DNA from: a virus
Lineage: Duplodnaviria; Caudoviricetes
Virus record (IMG/VR): IMGVR_UViG_3300048609_000068
Span: 11,412 to 75,411 of that record
Strand: one strand, 5' to 3'
DNA length: 64,000 bases
Shown: positions 1-9,259 of the stretch, in pieces
Layout: each line of letters opens with the position of its first letter
Position numbering within the stretch: position 1 is the stretch's first letter
Made by a program: the position numbers and the translations under genes
Notes under the pieces: generated by a model
What the model saw: the letters and a program-made list of their open reading frames with translations, nothing else
Told to the model about the DNA's origin: nothing
Database searches by the model: none

Positions 1-134
1 TCCCCGAGGTTGTAAGCTACGATCCCGTGGAGGAACATCTGAAGAAGATTGCGGAAAGCTCCGCAAAAGAGGACGATGAAGAGGAAGACGAAGACGAGAA
101 AGCCGACAACGACGAAGATGATGAGGACTACTAA
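1..134 (+). CDS. 3' end of a gene with a highly acidic C-terminus (partial)
   Basis: Frame 3 reads PEVVSYDPVEEHLKKIAESSAKEDDEEEDEDEKADNDEDDEDY*, with TAA at 132-134. Confidence 0.7.
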   Translation, partial: PEVVSYDPVEEHLKKIAESSAKEDDEEEDEDEKADNDEDDEDY

Positions 135-150
135 CAATTGCAGGTGACCC

Positions 151-1182
151 ATGGACGCGATGGCCAAGGTGATTCAAGATCATTTTCGTTCGCTTGCAAG
201 GGATCATGGGGCTATTACAGAAACTGACTACTTTCAAGCGTGTGTGGGATTGCCACTGGAGGTAGCAGTTTCGTTAGGAGAATGGCTCGCGACAAGCGGC
301 TTGAAATTGAAACGTGGGATTGGCCCACAGTACGAGCAGGAGATCAAAGAAAAGATCGAGAATCCAAACATCAATAATGTCAAGGACACCAAGTATCACA
401 CGAATCCGAATAGGAATAAGAAACAAAAATCGAAAATAAAGTACCCTGCACGTCCGAATGCGCAGACATGGGGACATTATTTTCAGGATATGCAGAGAAG
501 TCTCGTTCAAGAAATTGAACGGTATCATACGGACTCTCCGTATTTTCAGCAATACCTGCAAGCGGCGGGAAGTGCTGAGACCGTATCGATGCTGCAAGAA
601 GTGTGGGATGCGATGGCAAAAGGAGAACCTCCTGCTGGCGCATCGGGTGCTCCCGCAGTGACCCGTCCTCCGGAAAAATTCCGTGAATTTGTGGAAATGC
701 CGGAAGACGACGAGGGCGCGCTAGAGCTTGCCCATTTGAAAGACCCGGTATCCGCGCATGTTCGTCATGCAGCAGAAAATGTCTATCAGGCTAAACTAAA
801 GCAATGCGTGACCTTTGATAATGGAGCGCGATTTACCGTGGATGTTGCGGATACCCTGGATCAGAAAGCAGCGGGTCTTGAAGTTTTCGATTCGTTGGCG
901 CAGGGATATGGTTTGCTTTTTCCCTTTGACCCTCCGGAGTCTGTCACGTTTCATATGGGAAAAGTAAAGTTCCCGATCGATATTGTCTTCCTGTTGGAAG
1001 ATCCCTTTGGGAAGAACCTGATTGCATCGAAGATTATTCGTGCGGTAGTGCCTGGATCGCTGGATCACTGGGGGCATGATAAGGTTCGGTACGTTCTTGA
1101 GCTTCCAGGGGGAACGTGCAAGCGCACTGGGATTGATATTAACTCGGTTTGCCATATTGGCAAAACATTCGAGGTTGCATGA
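151..1182 (+). CDS. Protein with C-terminal DUF192-like domain
   Basis: C-terminal ~130 aa carries the DUF192 pattern FTVDVADT..QKAAGL...GLLFPF.....FHM..VKFPIDIVFL...YVLELPGG. N-terminal ~210 aa not recognised. Confidence 0.7.
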   Translation: MDAMAKVIQDHFRSLARDHGAITETDYFQACVGLPLEVAVSLGEWLATSGLKLKRGIGPQYEQEIKEKIENPNINNVKDTKYHTNPNRNKKQKSKIKYPARPNAQTWGHYFQDMQRSLVQEIERYHTDSPYFQQYLQAAGSAETVSMLQEVWDAMAKGEPPAGASGAPAVTRPPEKFREFVEMPEDDEGALELAHLKDPVSAHVRHAAENVYQAKLKQCVTFDNGARFTVDVADTLDQKAAGLEVFDSLAQGYGLLFPFDPPESVTFHMGKVKFPIDIVFLLEDPFGKNLIASKIIRAVVPGSLDHWGHDKVRYVLELPGGTCKRTGIDINSVCHIGKTFEVA

Positions 1183-2282
1183 TGGGCATCCGATTGGATA
1201 TATGTGCAGAGAGCTATGTGAGCAACCTTGCCGCCGAAGCGAAGGAAAATCAGGAGCAGTCCTTGGGGCTGGAGGGCGACATCGAATCTCCTTTGGATAA
1301 TCTGGAACAAGAAGTCTTGGGGCACTGGCTCGGTGGATGGGACTGGGCCACGATTGGATCTCTGATGGAGGACAAGGGATACAAGGGCGAGGATATCGAA
1401 AAGGCGATGCAGGCGGCCTTGCACCATGTAGAGAGTATTGAGAAGGCGGGGCCATTTGGAACTCTCCGTACCGGGCAGCTTGTGCGGTTGAAAAATGGCA
1501 TTTTGGGACAGATCCTTGCGAAGTCGGAAAATACCGTGGACATCCATGCTTTCTCCTCGGAGAGCACTGAAGTAATGGAGGTTCCCTTCTCGCAGATCGA
1601 TGAAGCTGGAATACCGCATTTGGTTGGGGCGTTCTGTTTACGAAAAGCAGCCGTGTCGGTTCTTCAAGAAGCGAAAGGGCCAGAAGCAACGTTTATTAAA
1701 TGCGCTTGTACACTGGCACCTCCGGATGACTCCGTGACACGAAAAGTGTACAATGCCTACAATGCACTCGTCCAGGAAATGCTTGATTTTAATGTAAGTA
1801 AGGGACTCTTGAAAAGTAAACTTTCGGAAATAGCTTCCGAAGAATCTGTGGGGCACTGTGTTCGTGCTCTCCTGGATAACGAAACGTTAGGGATGTATTC
1901 TATATTTGAATCTTTATCGGATTCAAATAAAGTTCTTGTGCAAGCGCGGGACATCGCGGTCATGACCGAGCAAGACGAGATTGTGCGTCCTGCCCCGTTG
2001 ATGGATTTATTTCAATTTGTGAGCAGCAACATCGCTGAAACCATGAAAATTAATACAGCCCTTGGCGTCTTGTTGGATCAGTATAAACAAGGCAAGAAGA
2101 CTGGACGAGAGGTGATGCAGTATGTCGGGCACGCCCGGGATACTTTTGAAAAGTTGATGACAGCATGGGGACAGGACCACGCAGGCGTACTGGATAAGGT
2201 TCTTGGAGAAATATCCAAACGGGCCGCTGCAGTCAAAGAAAATTTATTGAAAAAAGAGCTCGAAAAAGCGCTTGAAAAATAG
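1179..2282 (+). CDS. Hypothetical helical protein (possible internal head protein)
   Basis: Long ORF; ATG at 1179 overlaps the upstream stop (ATGA coupling). Confidence 0.6.
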   Translation: MMGIRLDICAESYVSNLAAEAKENQEQSLGLEGDIESPLDNLEQEVLGHWLGGWDWATIGSLMEDKGYKGEDIEKAMQAALHHVESIEKAGPFGTLRTGQLVRLKNGILGQILAKSENTVDIHAFSSESTEVMEVPFSQIDEAGIPHLVGAFCLRKAAVSVLQEAKGPEATFIKCACTLAPPDDSVTRKVYNAYNALVQEMLDFNVSKGLLKSKLSEIASEESVGHCVRALLDNETLGMYSIFESLSDSNKVLVQARDIAVMTEQDEIVRPAPLMDLFQFVSSNIAETMKINTALGVLLDQYKQGKKTGREVMQYVGHARDTFEKLMTAWGQDHAGVLDKVLGEISKRAAAVKENLLKKELEKALEK

Positions 2283-2307
2283 TGAAAAAAGTATAATGAG
2301 GATTGGC

Positions 2308-2544
2308 ATGGAACTTGTTTACGACGGAATTGCGAAGACGTTTACTTTGATAACCGAAGAAGCTATTGAATTTCTAGGTCCGTTGACCTATGCTTTTCAT
2401 GAGTTGCAGCATCGTGGCTTTACAGCTTCGCAAGCCCGAGAGGCGGTGCTGGCTGCTATCTTTGGTAATGGTCTAGAGGTTGACCTTGAAAGAATTAAAA
2501 AAGTCGCAGCAAAGGAGAGCGCCTTCTACCAGGCGTGCGCTTAA
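2308..2544 (+). CDS. Hypothetical protein
   Basis: GAGG Shine-Dalgarno before ATG 2308; tiles between neighbours. Confidence 0.5.
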   Translation: MELVYDGIAKTFTLITEEAIEFLGPLTYAFHELQHRGFTASQAREAVLAAIFGNGLEVDLERIKKVAAKESAFYQACA

Positions 2545-2737
2545 ACAAAAGCCTGTCAAGCGAGGGCGCGTGGAGCTCTTTACCCGCCCTCCTTGTGGTT
2601 TTGCTCCGATTGTGTTCTTTGAAGATGGAAAATGCCCGTTCACGCGACATGACTCGTGTGGGAATTGCATCAAAAATGAGTGTGATTACTACGACCTGAT
2701 GTTTCTGGCTGAAGCAACAAAGTTGGGATATGCTTGA
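2480..2737 (+). CDS. Small Cys-rich hypothetical protein (start uncertain)
   Basis: C..C..C.C cluster (KCPFTRHDSCGNCIKNEC); stop overlaps portal start. Confidence 0.35.
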   Translation: MTLKELKKSQQRRAPSTRRALKQKPVKRGRVELFTRPPCGFAPIVFFEDGKCPFTRHDSCGNCIKNECDYYDLMFLAEATKLGYA

Positions 2738-4584
2738 TGATCAAAAAGACCGCGAGATTAATTGTCCCGGGAACTGTGCGGGATAACCCTCGGGAAGCAG
2801 CTTCTTTGCATCCTTACGATCCAGATGCTGTTGAATCTACTCATTATCCAAGACCTTTGATTCGTGGCAGGAACATTGTCGCAACGTCGAAAGGGACCTT
2901 TCGAAAGACGGCTGTGACAATGACCGGTGGAAGCGCCGCGACAGGCGCTTCCGGTACTGGCAGTACTTCCATTGCGCAATCTCCTCTTTTTTACGATTAT
3001 CGTTGGTCAAGCCCCGATAAATTTTATTTTCCAAGAAACCGTGTCGTTGCAAATTCTATCTGGCGAGAAATATACAAACGTGACCCGACGGTTGCGATCG
3101 GTACGGATATGTACTGTGAGCTCCCCTGGTCGGAGTTTGATCTGGTGGGTATTGAAGATGTGGTCGTTCGTCATATCTACGAGGACATGTTCTCGCGGTT
3201 GAATTTGACTCCAAAGCTTCCTGCGTATACCCGGGACTACTTGATCACAGGTGAGTTTATTCCGCATGCTATTTTCAATTCGATAAAAGGAATATGGCAA
3301 AGGATTATTGCGCATAATCCGGATTATATTACAGTTGAAAATGTTGGATTGGTGATGGACCAGCCGCTGTTAAAGCTTCGTCCAACGCCAGAAATAAAGA
3401 AACTCCTCAACACGACGGATCCCAGACTCAAGAAGTTACAGAAACTTCTTCCAAAAGAAATCATTCATTCGTTCCGTGCAAATAAAGAAGTGCCGTTGGA
3501 TCCGATCAATACGAGCTATATTGCACGGATGAACCTTTCGAATGATATTCGTGGGACTTCTCTGTATACAAGGTTGTACCGGATTGTGATGTATGAGGAC
3601 TTTATTGTCAATGCGAGTCTTGCGGTTGCACAACGGAATGCAGCGCCTCTTCGGATTTTCAAGCTCGGCGATCCCAATACAGGCTGGATCCCGGATGAAA
3701 ATGAAGAGGCTGCTTTCGCGGACATGCTGTCGCTTGCAGAAGCAGACCCGCTTGCCGCAATCATTATGCACCACAACGTGACAGCGGAGCTTGTAGGCGT
3801 GTCTGACCGGATGATCCTGATTTCGAGAGAATGGGATTTTATTGAGCGTGTGAAACTCCTTGCCATGGGCGTTGCCCGTGCGTTCCTCGTAGGAGAGACG
3901 TCTTTTGCAGCTTCTGTTGCTGGATTGCAGTCTCTGATCCAGCGCCTCGCTTCCATGCGGGATAAGTTCACGAATGAATGGATCAGTCATAAGCTTTGCA
4001 CGCCCATTGCCAAGATCCACGAATTTTATCGACGGCCGGAAGCGGAACTGACGCATCGGATCCGCGTCAAGAATGTGGAAGACCTTCCCCTGGAGGTCCC
4101 GAAGATTCGTTGGAAAAAGGTGCTAGAGCCGAACCAGGATGTTGCGATCTTGAACATCTGGCGGGATCTCAAGGATCGGGGTCTGGTATCGGATAGAACG
4201 TATTCTGCAGGGTCTGGTGTGGATCTGGACGTCGAACGAAAGAACTTGCTCGAAGAGAAGAAATATAAAGATGCACATCCGGAGCTGTACGCGCTCATGC
4301 AACAGGCTCCGGGGGGACCTCCATCGGCCATCCGTCCGGGGATGAAGCCGCCTTTACCCGCAGCGGGCGCTCCGGCCCCCAGAGCGGGAAGTCTGGATAA
4401 TGATTTTTTGCAGCAAGATCTAGAGGACCATCTGACGTCCTACGCCGATGATAAAAATAAGATCAATGTCAGGGACGCTGCAGAACTGGTGGTGGACCAT
4501 ATGCTGACCAAATCCTCTCAGGAACAAAAGTTGGATTTGATTTCTAAACTTCTTCCCCCGGCTGGCGATGACGTTTTGATCTGA
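2734..4584 (+). CDS. Portal protein
   Basis: 616 aa upstream of protease, scaffold and MCP. Portal-like segments IWREIYKRDPTVAIGTDMYCELP, RGTSLYTRLY and PLRIFKLGD; Pro-rich low-complexity C-terminal region. Confidence 0.75.
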   Translation: MMIKKTARLIVPGTVRDNPREAASLHPYDPDAVESTHYPRPLIRGRNIVATSKGTFRKTAVTMTGGSAATGASGTGSTSIAQSPLFYDYRWSSPDKFYFPRNRVVANSIWREIYKRDPTVAIGTDMYCELPWSEFDLVGIEDVVVRHIYEDMFSRLNLTPKLPAYTRDYLITGEFIPHAIFNSIKGIWQRIIAHNPDYITVENVGLVMDQPLLKLRPTPEIKKLLNTTDPRLKKLQKLLPKEIIHSFRANKEVPLDPINTSYIARMNLSNDIRGTSLYTRLYRIVMYEDFIVNASLAVAQRNAAPLRIFKLGDPNTGWIPDENEEAAFADMLSLAEADPLAAIIMHHNVTAELVGVSDRMILISREWDFIERVKLLAMGVARAFLVGETSFAASVAGLQSLIQRLASMRDKFTNEWISHKLCTPIAKIHEFYRRPEAELTHRIRVKNVEDLPLEVPKIRWKKVLEPNQDVAILNIWRDLKDRGLVSDRTYSAGSGVDLDVERKNLLEEKKYKDAHPELYALMQQAPGGPPSAIRPGMKPPLPAAGAPAPRAGSLDNDFLQQDLEDHLTSYADDKNKINVRDAAELVVDHMLTKSSQEQKLDLISKLLPPAGDDVLI

Positions 4585-5063
4585 TGCGTCCCATCAACGA
4601 AATCTATATTCATTGTTCTGCTTCGGAGTGGGGATGTGCGGTTGTTGTGGACTTGTGGCATCGGCAACTGGGTTGGAAGCAGATTGGCTATCATTATGTT
4701 ATCTTGAATGGTTTTCCGCATTCCAAGTTGAACTTTATTAAAATATTGGACGGTGTTATCGAACCAGGGACAGATAGCGCCCTCCCAGGGGTGCATGTCG
4801 CGGGACATAATCAAGATTCGATTGGGATTTGCTTGATCGGGGACAAGGCATTCACGGATCTGCAGCTTATTTCTGCCAAGGGGCTGGTGAGTGACCTTCG
4901 TAAAACATGGGGTGTGGACATCGCTAATGTCAAGGGGCATTACGAAGTACCCAATGTAAAGAAGACCTGCCCCAACATCCCGATGGATTTTTTCAGGAAA
5001 TTCTTGGACGACAAGATTTCTGTCCAGGACCTCCAGAAACAGATTGCAATCTTCAAACCGTAG
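4584..5063 (+). CDS. N-acetylmuramoyl-L-alanine amidase (T7 lysozyme/Amidase_2-type endolysin)
   Basis: IYIHCSAS (Zn His), IGYHYVI (catalytic Tyr), HVAGHNQDSIGICLIG, KGHYE and KTCP (Zn His/Cys); no cell-wall-binding domain. Confidence 0.92.
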   Translation: MRPINEIYIHCSASEWGCAVVVDLWHRQLGWKQIGYHYVILNGFPHSKLNFIKILDGVIEPGTDSALPGVHVAGHNQDSIGICLIGDKAFTDLQLISAKGLVSDLRKTWGVDIANVKGHYEVPNVKKTCPNIPMDFFRKFLDDKISVQDLQKQIAIFKP

Positions 5064-5095
5064 TGGTACTTTCTACAGTTTAGGGAGGTTACTCC

Positions 5096-5758
5096 ATGAT
5101 CAGCGCACGCGACAAATTTTATTTATTTTTTGAAGAAATCATTATGAAGGATTTTCCGAAGGCAGGGTTGCTTGCGAAAGACAAGAGCAGGTTCATGAAA
5201 ATCTTGGGGTCTGTTATCGCTGTGTTCAACAAGGAGTTCATGAAACAGTACGTGACGGTATTGAGAAATACGATTTATTTTCCGAGCAAGCAATGGCTGG
5301 AAGCGGACTACGACCGTGCGTTTGGTATCTTGGCGCATGAATACGTCCATATGGTGGATAGAAAACAGAAGCCACCTTTCATTTTTGAGCTTCAATATAT
5401 ATTCCCGCAGGTTCTTGGCGTCTTTGGTTTGCTTTCTTTTCTGTTTATTGTTCATCCCCTGTTTGGTTTGTTTAGCTTGTTTTTTCTTGCCCTATTTCCG
5501 CTTCCGTCTCCGTGGCGTTTAAAGTACGAAATAAACGGATACGCCATGAATGCATGGATTAATAGCCGGATCGGTGGGTTTAATTTGGAAAAATTTTCGA
5601 TGCACGTTGCAGAATTGCTTTCTGGAAGCGAGTACTATTACACGGCGTATAGTGTGTTTCTTGTGCAAGAACAGTTTGTGAGGGAATACGCGCATTTATC
5701 CATAGAACATCCCGCATTTCAAAAGGTGAAGCAATGGCTGGATCAGCTGGAAAAGTAA
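5096..5758 (+). CDS. Putative membrane-associated zinc metalloprotease (gluzincin-like)
   Basis: ILAHEYVH (HExxH), downstream Glu in LKYEINGY, hydrophobic hairpin QVLGVFGLLSFLFIVHPLFGLFSLFFLALFP. Confidence 0.65.
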   Translation: MISARDKFYLFFEEIIMKDFPKAGLLAKDKSRFMKILGSVIAVFNKEFMKQYVTVLRNTIYFPSKQWLEADYDRAFGILAHEYVHMVDRKQKPPFIFELQYIFPQVLGVFGLLSFLFIVHPLFGLFSLFFLALFPLPSPWRLKYEINGYAMNAWINSRIGGFNLEKFSMHVAELLSGSEYYYTAYSVFLVQEQFVREYAHLSIEHPAFQKVKQWLDQLEK

Positions 5759-6585
5759 TGTTATCTCCAACAAAGGTCGATACCTTTAATGGGTGTCAAC
5801 GTCTATTTTACTACCGGTATGTCTCTCCTCCTTTTGTCCCTCCTGAAGCAAAACCGCTGTATCTTGGAAATGTAGTTCATTCGATTCTTCAGACGTTCCA
5901 TGAGCGGGTTCTCAAAGGGCGATTGGATCTTCTTTACCATCGTGTGCAAGTGAACGTGATGAGCACTGCTTTCCGAGAAGCTTACGAAAAATACAAGATG
6001 GAAGAGCGATTGCATAAGGGATTTATTACAAGGCAGGATCTCCTTGAAATAAAAATGATGCTAAAGAACTATCTCCGTTGTTACTTGCCTTCGTTGCCTT
6101 CTTTTCCGTGTGTGCATCAGCTTGAAAAGCTTGCGACCTTTAAAATTGGACCTGTTCCCGTGCGATTGAAAGCAGACCGAATCGACAAAATAGGGAATCA
6201 TTCGTACCGTGTGGTGGATTACAAAACGTCAAAGACTGTCCCGTCGGATAAGGCGCATATGGACTCTGTTCAGATTCAGTCCTATGGGATTATGATACGA
6301 TCGTTGATTGACCCAGAAGCCAGCGTGATGGGAACCTATATCTATCTCAAGCATCTGGGTGGAAAGACAGGTTTGAAAAGCTACAGGATAAGCGATGAAA
6401 TGATGGCTGACACGGTGAAAAAATATGAGAAAATTTATGATATAATAAACAATGGCTGCAAGTATTTCCCTAACCGGAAGTACAAGTATTGTGGACCATT
6501 CTGTGATTTCCGGTTGGTTTGTATTCGGGACGCTGAGAAGCTTATTAATAAGGAGGAATCCCATGGGTTTTTACAAAACAGGTGA
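5758..6585 (+). CDS. PD-(D/E)XK nuclease, RecB/AddB/Cas4-like
   Basis: LSPTKVDTFNGCQR (Cys1), LGNVVHSILQ, ADRID, VVDYKTS, QIQSYG and C-terminal CGPFCDFRLVC (three Cys) fit an Fe-S staple nuclease; start TAATG-coupled to upstream gene. Confidence 0.85.
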   Translation: MLSPTKVDTFNGCQRLFYYRYVSPPFVPPEAKPLYLGNVVHSILQTFHERVLKGRLDLLYHRVQVNVMSTAFREAYEKYKMEERLHKGFITRQDLLEIKMMLKNYLRCYLPSLPSFPCVHQLEKLATFKIGPVPVRLKADRIDKIGNHSYRVVDYKTSKTVPSDKAHMDSVQIQSYGIMIRSLIDPEASVMGTYIYLKHLGGKTGLKSYRISDEMMADTVKKYEKIYDIINNGCKYFPNRKYKYCGPFCDFRLVCIRDAEKLINKEESHGFLQNR

Positions 6586-6709
6586 AGCTCCCATTGTGGA
6601 GATCTATTGTTCCTGTGGCAAGAAAATTCAGGGAAATGAAAAAAAGTGCGAAGAATGCAAGTCCAAGAAAACTAACAAAGAAAAACCCGAGCGTTCTACA
6701 CAAGTTTAA
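6563..6709 (+). CDS. Small zinc-ribbon protein (48 aa)
   Basis: AAGGAGG SD then ATG 6563; YCSCGK...KCEECK. Confidence 0.55.
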   Translation: MGFYKTGEAPIVEIYCSCGKKIQGNEKKCEECKSKKTNKEKPERSTQV

Positions 6710-6725
6710 GTACATTATGCAAACT

Positions 6726-6775
6726 GGGATAACATTTTTCCTGTGGAGATTCACTAACACAGGAGAAATTATCCC
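6726..6775 (+). promoter_or_regulatory. Stem-loop sequestering the RBS of the prohead protease
   Basis: GGGATAACATTTTTCCTGTG (6726-6745) pairs with CACAGGAGAAATTATCCC (6758-6775): 18 bp with one G-U and a 2-nt bulge, covering the AGGAG SD and ending at the base before ATG 6776. Confidence 0.7.
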
Positions 6776-7663
6776 ATGCCTTTCTTCAAAACTGCAAGCT
6801 CTCCCATCCTGGGTGTTTATCAAAGTTCTGGCCGATTCGTAAAATGTGCTGCTCAACTGGCAAAGTTTGCACAAGAAGAAGATGCCCGTGTGCGACAGGC
6901 CATCAATCTTTTTGCCAAAGGACATCTGGGTGCAATCTCCAAGATCTACAGTCTCTCGGAAAATCCGGATGACTATATCTTTCTTGTCGCCCGTGCGCTG
7001 ACTGCCGATGTTCCAAACAACAATGGGGATAACTTCCAACATGAGGAGCTGACCCGTTTTTCTCCAGACCATCGTTGTCTTGTTTATGAAACCTTCCGAA
7101 ATGATCCGCTCTTTATTGAGCACGCCGCCGACGACCCGAAGACTGCACGGGGCTACCTCCCGGATGCCCATTACGTGACAGGAAACACAAAGGACAGACA
7201 TGTTCTCACTGTTGTTGCCGTGGACACGACAAAGGACGAACCCTATTCCAAGTCTTTATTGAACGGGGAAGCCGATGCATTCTCGATGGGATGCATCTGT
7301 GAAGCGGTGGAGTGTTCCTATCCTCCGTGCAAGAAGATTGCTTACTCGGATAAGGAACTCTGTGATCATCAAAGACATTACAAGATGACTAGAATTGCGG
7401 GTCATCTTATCTATCAGAACTGCCTGGGTGTGGAATACAAGGAGCTCTCCGGTGTTGGAAGCCCAGCGGATCCAACGGCTGTAGCGCAACTCTTCCTTCG
7501 CTATGCTGCAATGAAATCAAAGAAGGCTGCTACGGAGAGCGAATTCAATCTGATCTCCAGGATTCTTTCGGAGACCGATGCCTTTGAAGTCAGTCGTTTC
7601 TTTCATGCCAATGCCAATAAACTCCCCGATGCGATGCTGAGACTTGCCGATAAACTGTTCTAA
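6776..7663 (+). CDS. Prohead (maturation) protease with Cys/His zinc-finger insertion
   Basis: VPNNNGD, LFIEH (His), AFSMG (Ser) and ELSGVGSPADPTA match HK97/assemblin-fold head proteases; insert C..VECSY..C...ELCDH; lies between portal and scaffold. Confidence 0.75.
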   Translation: MPFFKTASSPILGVYQSSGRFVKCAAQLAKFAQEEDARVRQAINLFAKGHLGAISKIYSLSENPDDYIFLVARALTADVPNNNGDNFQHEELTRFSPDHRCLVYETFRNDPLFIEHAADDPKTARGYLPDAHYVTGNTKDRHVLTVVAVDTTKDEPYSKSLLNGEADAFSMGCICEAVECSYPPCKKIAYSDKELCDHQRHYKMTRIAGHLIYQNCLGVEYKELSGVGSPADPTAVAQLFLRYAAMKSKKAATESEFNLISRILSETDAFEVSRFFHANANKLPDAMLRLADKLF

Positions 7664-7719
7664 CGTTTGTTAACTTACGTATATCTTCAACTTTAGAATC
7701 TAAAAAAGGAGTTGTACAC

Positions 7720-9201
7720 ATGGATGGACTTCGATCAGATATTGTCGCCAAAACGTCGAAATTTATAAAGCGTGCTCAGCAGGTGCCTCCTCCGGCACCT
7801 GGCGCTCCTGCTCCTACACCCCCGCCAGGAGGTGCTCCTCCTGGCGGGGCAGTCCCCCCTCCGATGCCAAAACCTCCGATGCCGACTCCGGGTTTGGCTC
7901 CTGGAGCGCCCCTTCCGAAAAGCCGTGAGGAAATGGAAGGGGACGTCCAGAAGAAAATTGAACGGGAGAAGCGCGATGAAGCCAAGCTGGATACGCTCGG
8001 GGATGACGTGAGCGAAGTCAAGGACCAGCTGAAGACGATGACGGAAGCGCTCATTCAAATGAAACGGGTCATCGAGAAGAATCTGACGGGGGAGAGCGAT
8101 CTCGAAGAGAAGTTCAAGGTGATGAAGGAAAAGGAATCAGAGGGCGGGATGACAAAAATGAGCCCTGAAGACTTTGGTTTAGATAAAAAAAATCTCATTG
8201 TGAGTACGGAGGATCGCATGATTAACGAGGCTGACAAGTTGAGACTTGCTCGGAAAGAGCGCATCTCGAATCTGGAAGAGAGCATGAATCTTCCCAAGGA
8301 GAAGGACTACAAGCAGAATGTCGTTCCTCCTTCGGTGGATAAGAAACCAAAGGAAGATACCATTCCTGACATGTTCAAGCTCCTGGCGCTTGAGCTGAGC
8401 GACGATGGAAATCAGTGGTCTCTCTTCAACAAGAAGACCAACGAGGTCTATTACACCATCGATGCGAGCACAAGCGAGGACAAGGAAACATTCAAGACGA
8501 AGAAGTTCGCAGAGGGTATTGTCCACGACATCAAAGATCTGGGTCTGGACAAGGCAATGGATAAGTACAAGGGCAAACCCATGGGGAAGCCCGATGAGAA
8601 ACACGAAGAGAAGCATGAAGAGAAACCAGGGGACCATGGGGATAAGAAAGTCCTCTTGAAGATGCCGAAGAAAGAAGATGTCAAGGACAAGATCGAAGAT
8701 AAGATCGAGGACAAGAAAGATCTTTTCGATCACAAAGGCGCGTTGAGTGATGTCAAGCGGCGTTTCATTCGTGCGTTCAGGCTGGCGCTCACGGCGCAAA
8801 AAAAGAATCTGATTGACAATCCGCTCAAGGCTGCATGGTTCGATTCTTTGAAGAGTCTCGACATTGGGGACCCAACCCATCTCATCGAAGCCGTGTTCAG
8901 CAAGGCATCCGACGATCAGTTCGAGGTGGCGCTTCAGAAGACCGAGGAGCTCCTTGGGATGACGGATGAAGCCTTTGTGGAAGCAGAATCGATGATTGGG
9001 CAGCTCGATACTTCCTTCCCGAAGGAAGCTCCTGTGACAGCATCCACAAAGACGCAAGCCGAAGAGCTTCGCCGCCGTGCGACAGCGGGATCGCTCCCGG
9101 TGAACACGCAGACCACGGAGAACGAGAACAAGTTCTCGTACCTCTCGGACATCCTCCCGCGTCCGAGGATGCCGAACCTCCCGGCGCTCTTCAAATCCTG
9201 A
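7720..9201 (+). CDS. Capsid scaffolding/core protein
   Basis: Highly charged (K/E/D) coiled-coil protein with a Pro-rich N-terminus, located between protease and capsid genes. Confidence 0.6.
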   Translation: MDGLRSDIVAKTSKFIKRAQQVPPPAPGAPAPTPPPGGAPPGGAVPPPMPKPPMPTPGLAPGAPLPKSREEMEGDVQKKIEREKRDEAKLDTLGDDVSEVKDQLKTMTEALIQMKRVIEKNLTGESDLEEKFKVMKEKESEGGMTKMSPEDFGLDKKNLIVSTEDRMINEADKLRLARKERISNLEESMNLPKEKDYKQNVVPPSVDKKPKEDTIPDMFKLLALELSDDGNQWSLFNKKTNEVYYTIDASTSEDKETFKTKKFAEGIVHDIKDLGLDKAMDKYKGKPMGKPDEKHEEKHEEKPGDHGDKKVLLKMPKKEDVKDKIEDKIEDKKDLFDHKGALSDVKRRFIRAFRLALTAQKKNLIDNPLKAAWFDSLKSLDIGDPTHLIEAVFSKASDDQFEVALQKTEELLGMTDEAFVEAESMIGQLDTSFPKEAPVTASTKTQAEELRRRATAGSLPVNTQTTENENKFSYLSDILPRPRMPNLPALFKS

Positions 9202-9206
9202 AAAAC

Positions 9207-9241
9207 GAAAAGGTTTGTTTTGAACATAAACTAAACTTTTC
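9207..9241 (+). terminator. Imperfect hairpin after scaffold gene (weak terminator or processing site)
   Basis: GAAAAGGTTTGTTT-tgaacat-AAACTAAACTTTTC, about 12 bp with a bulge, followed by CTTTGT. Confidence 0.3.
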
Positions 9242-9259
9242 TTTGTAAGGAGATGCCCA

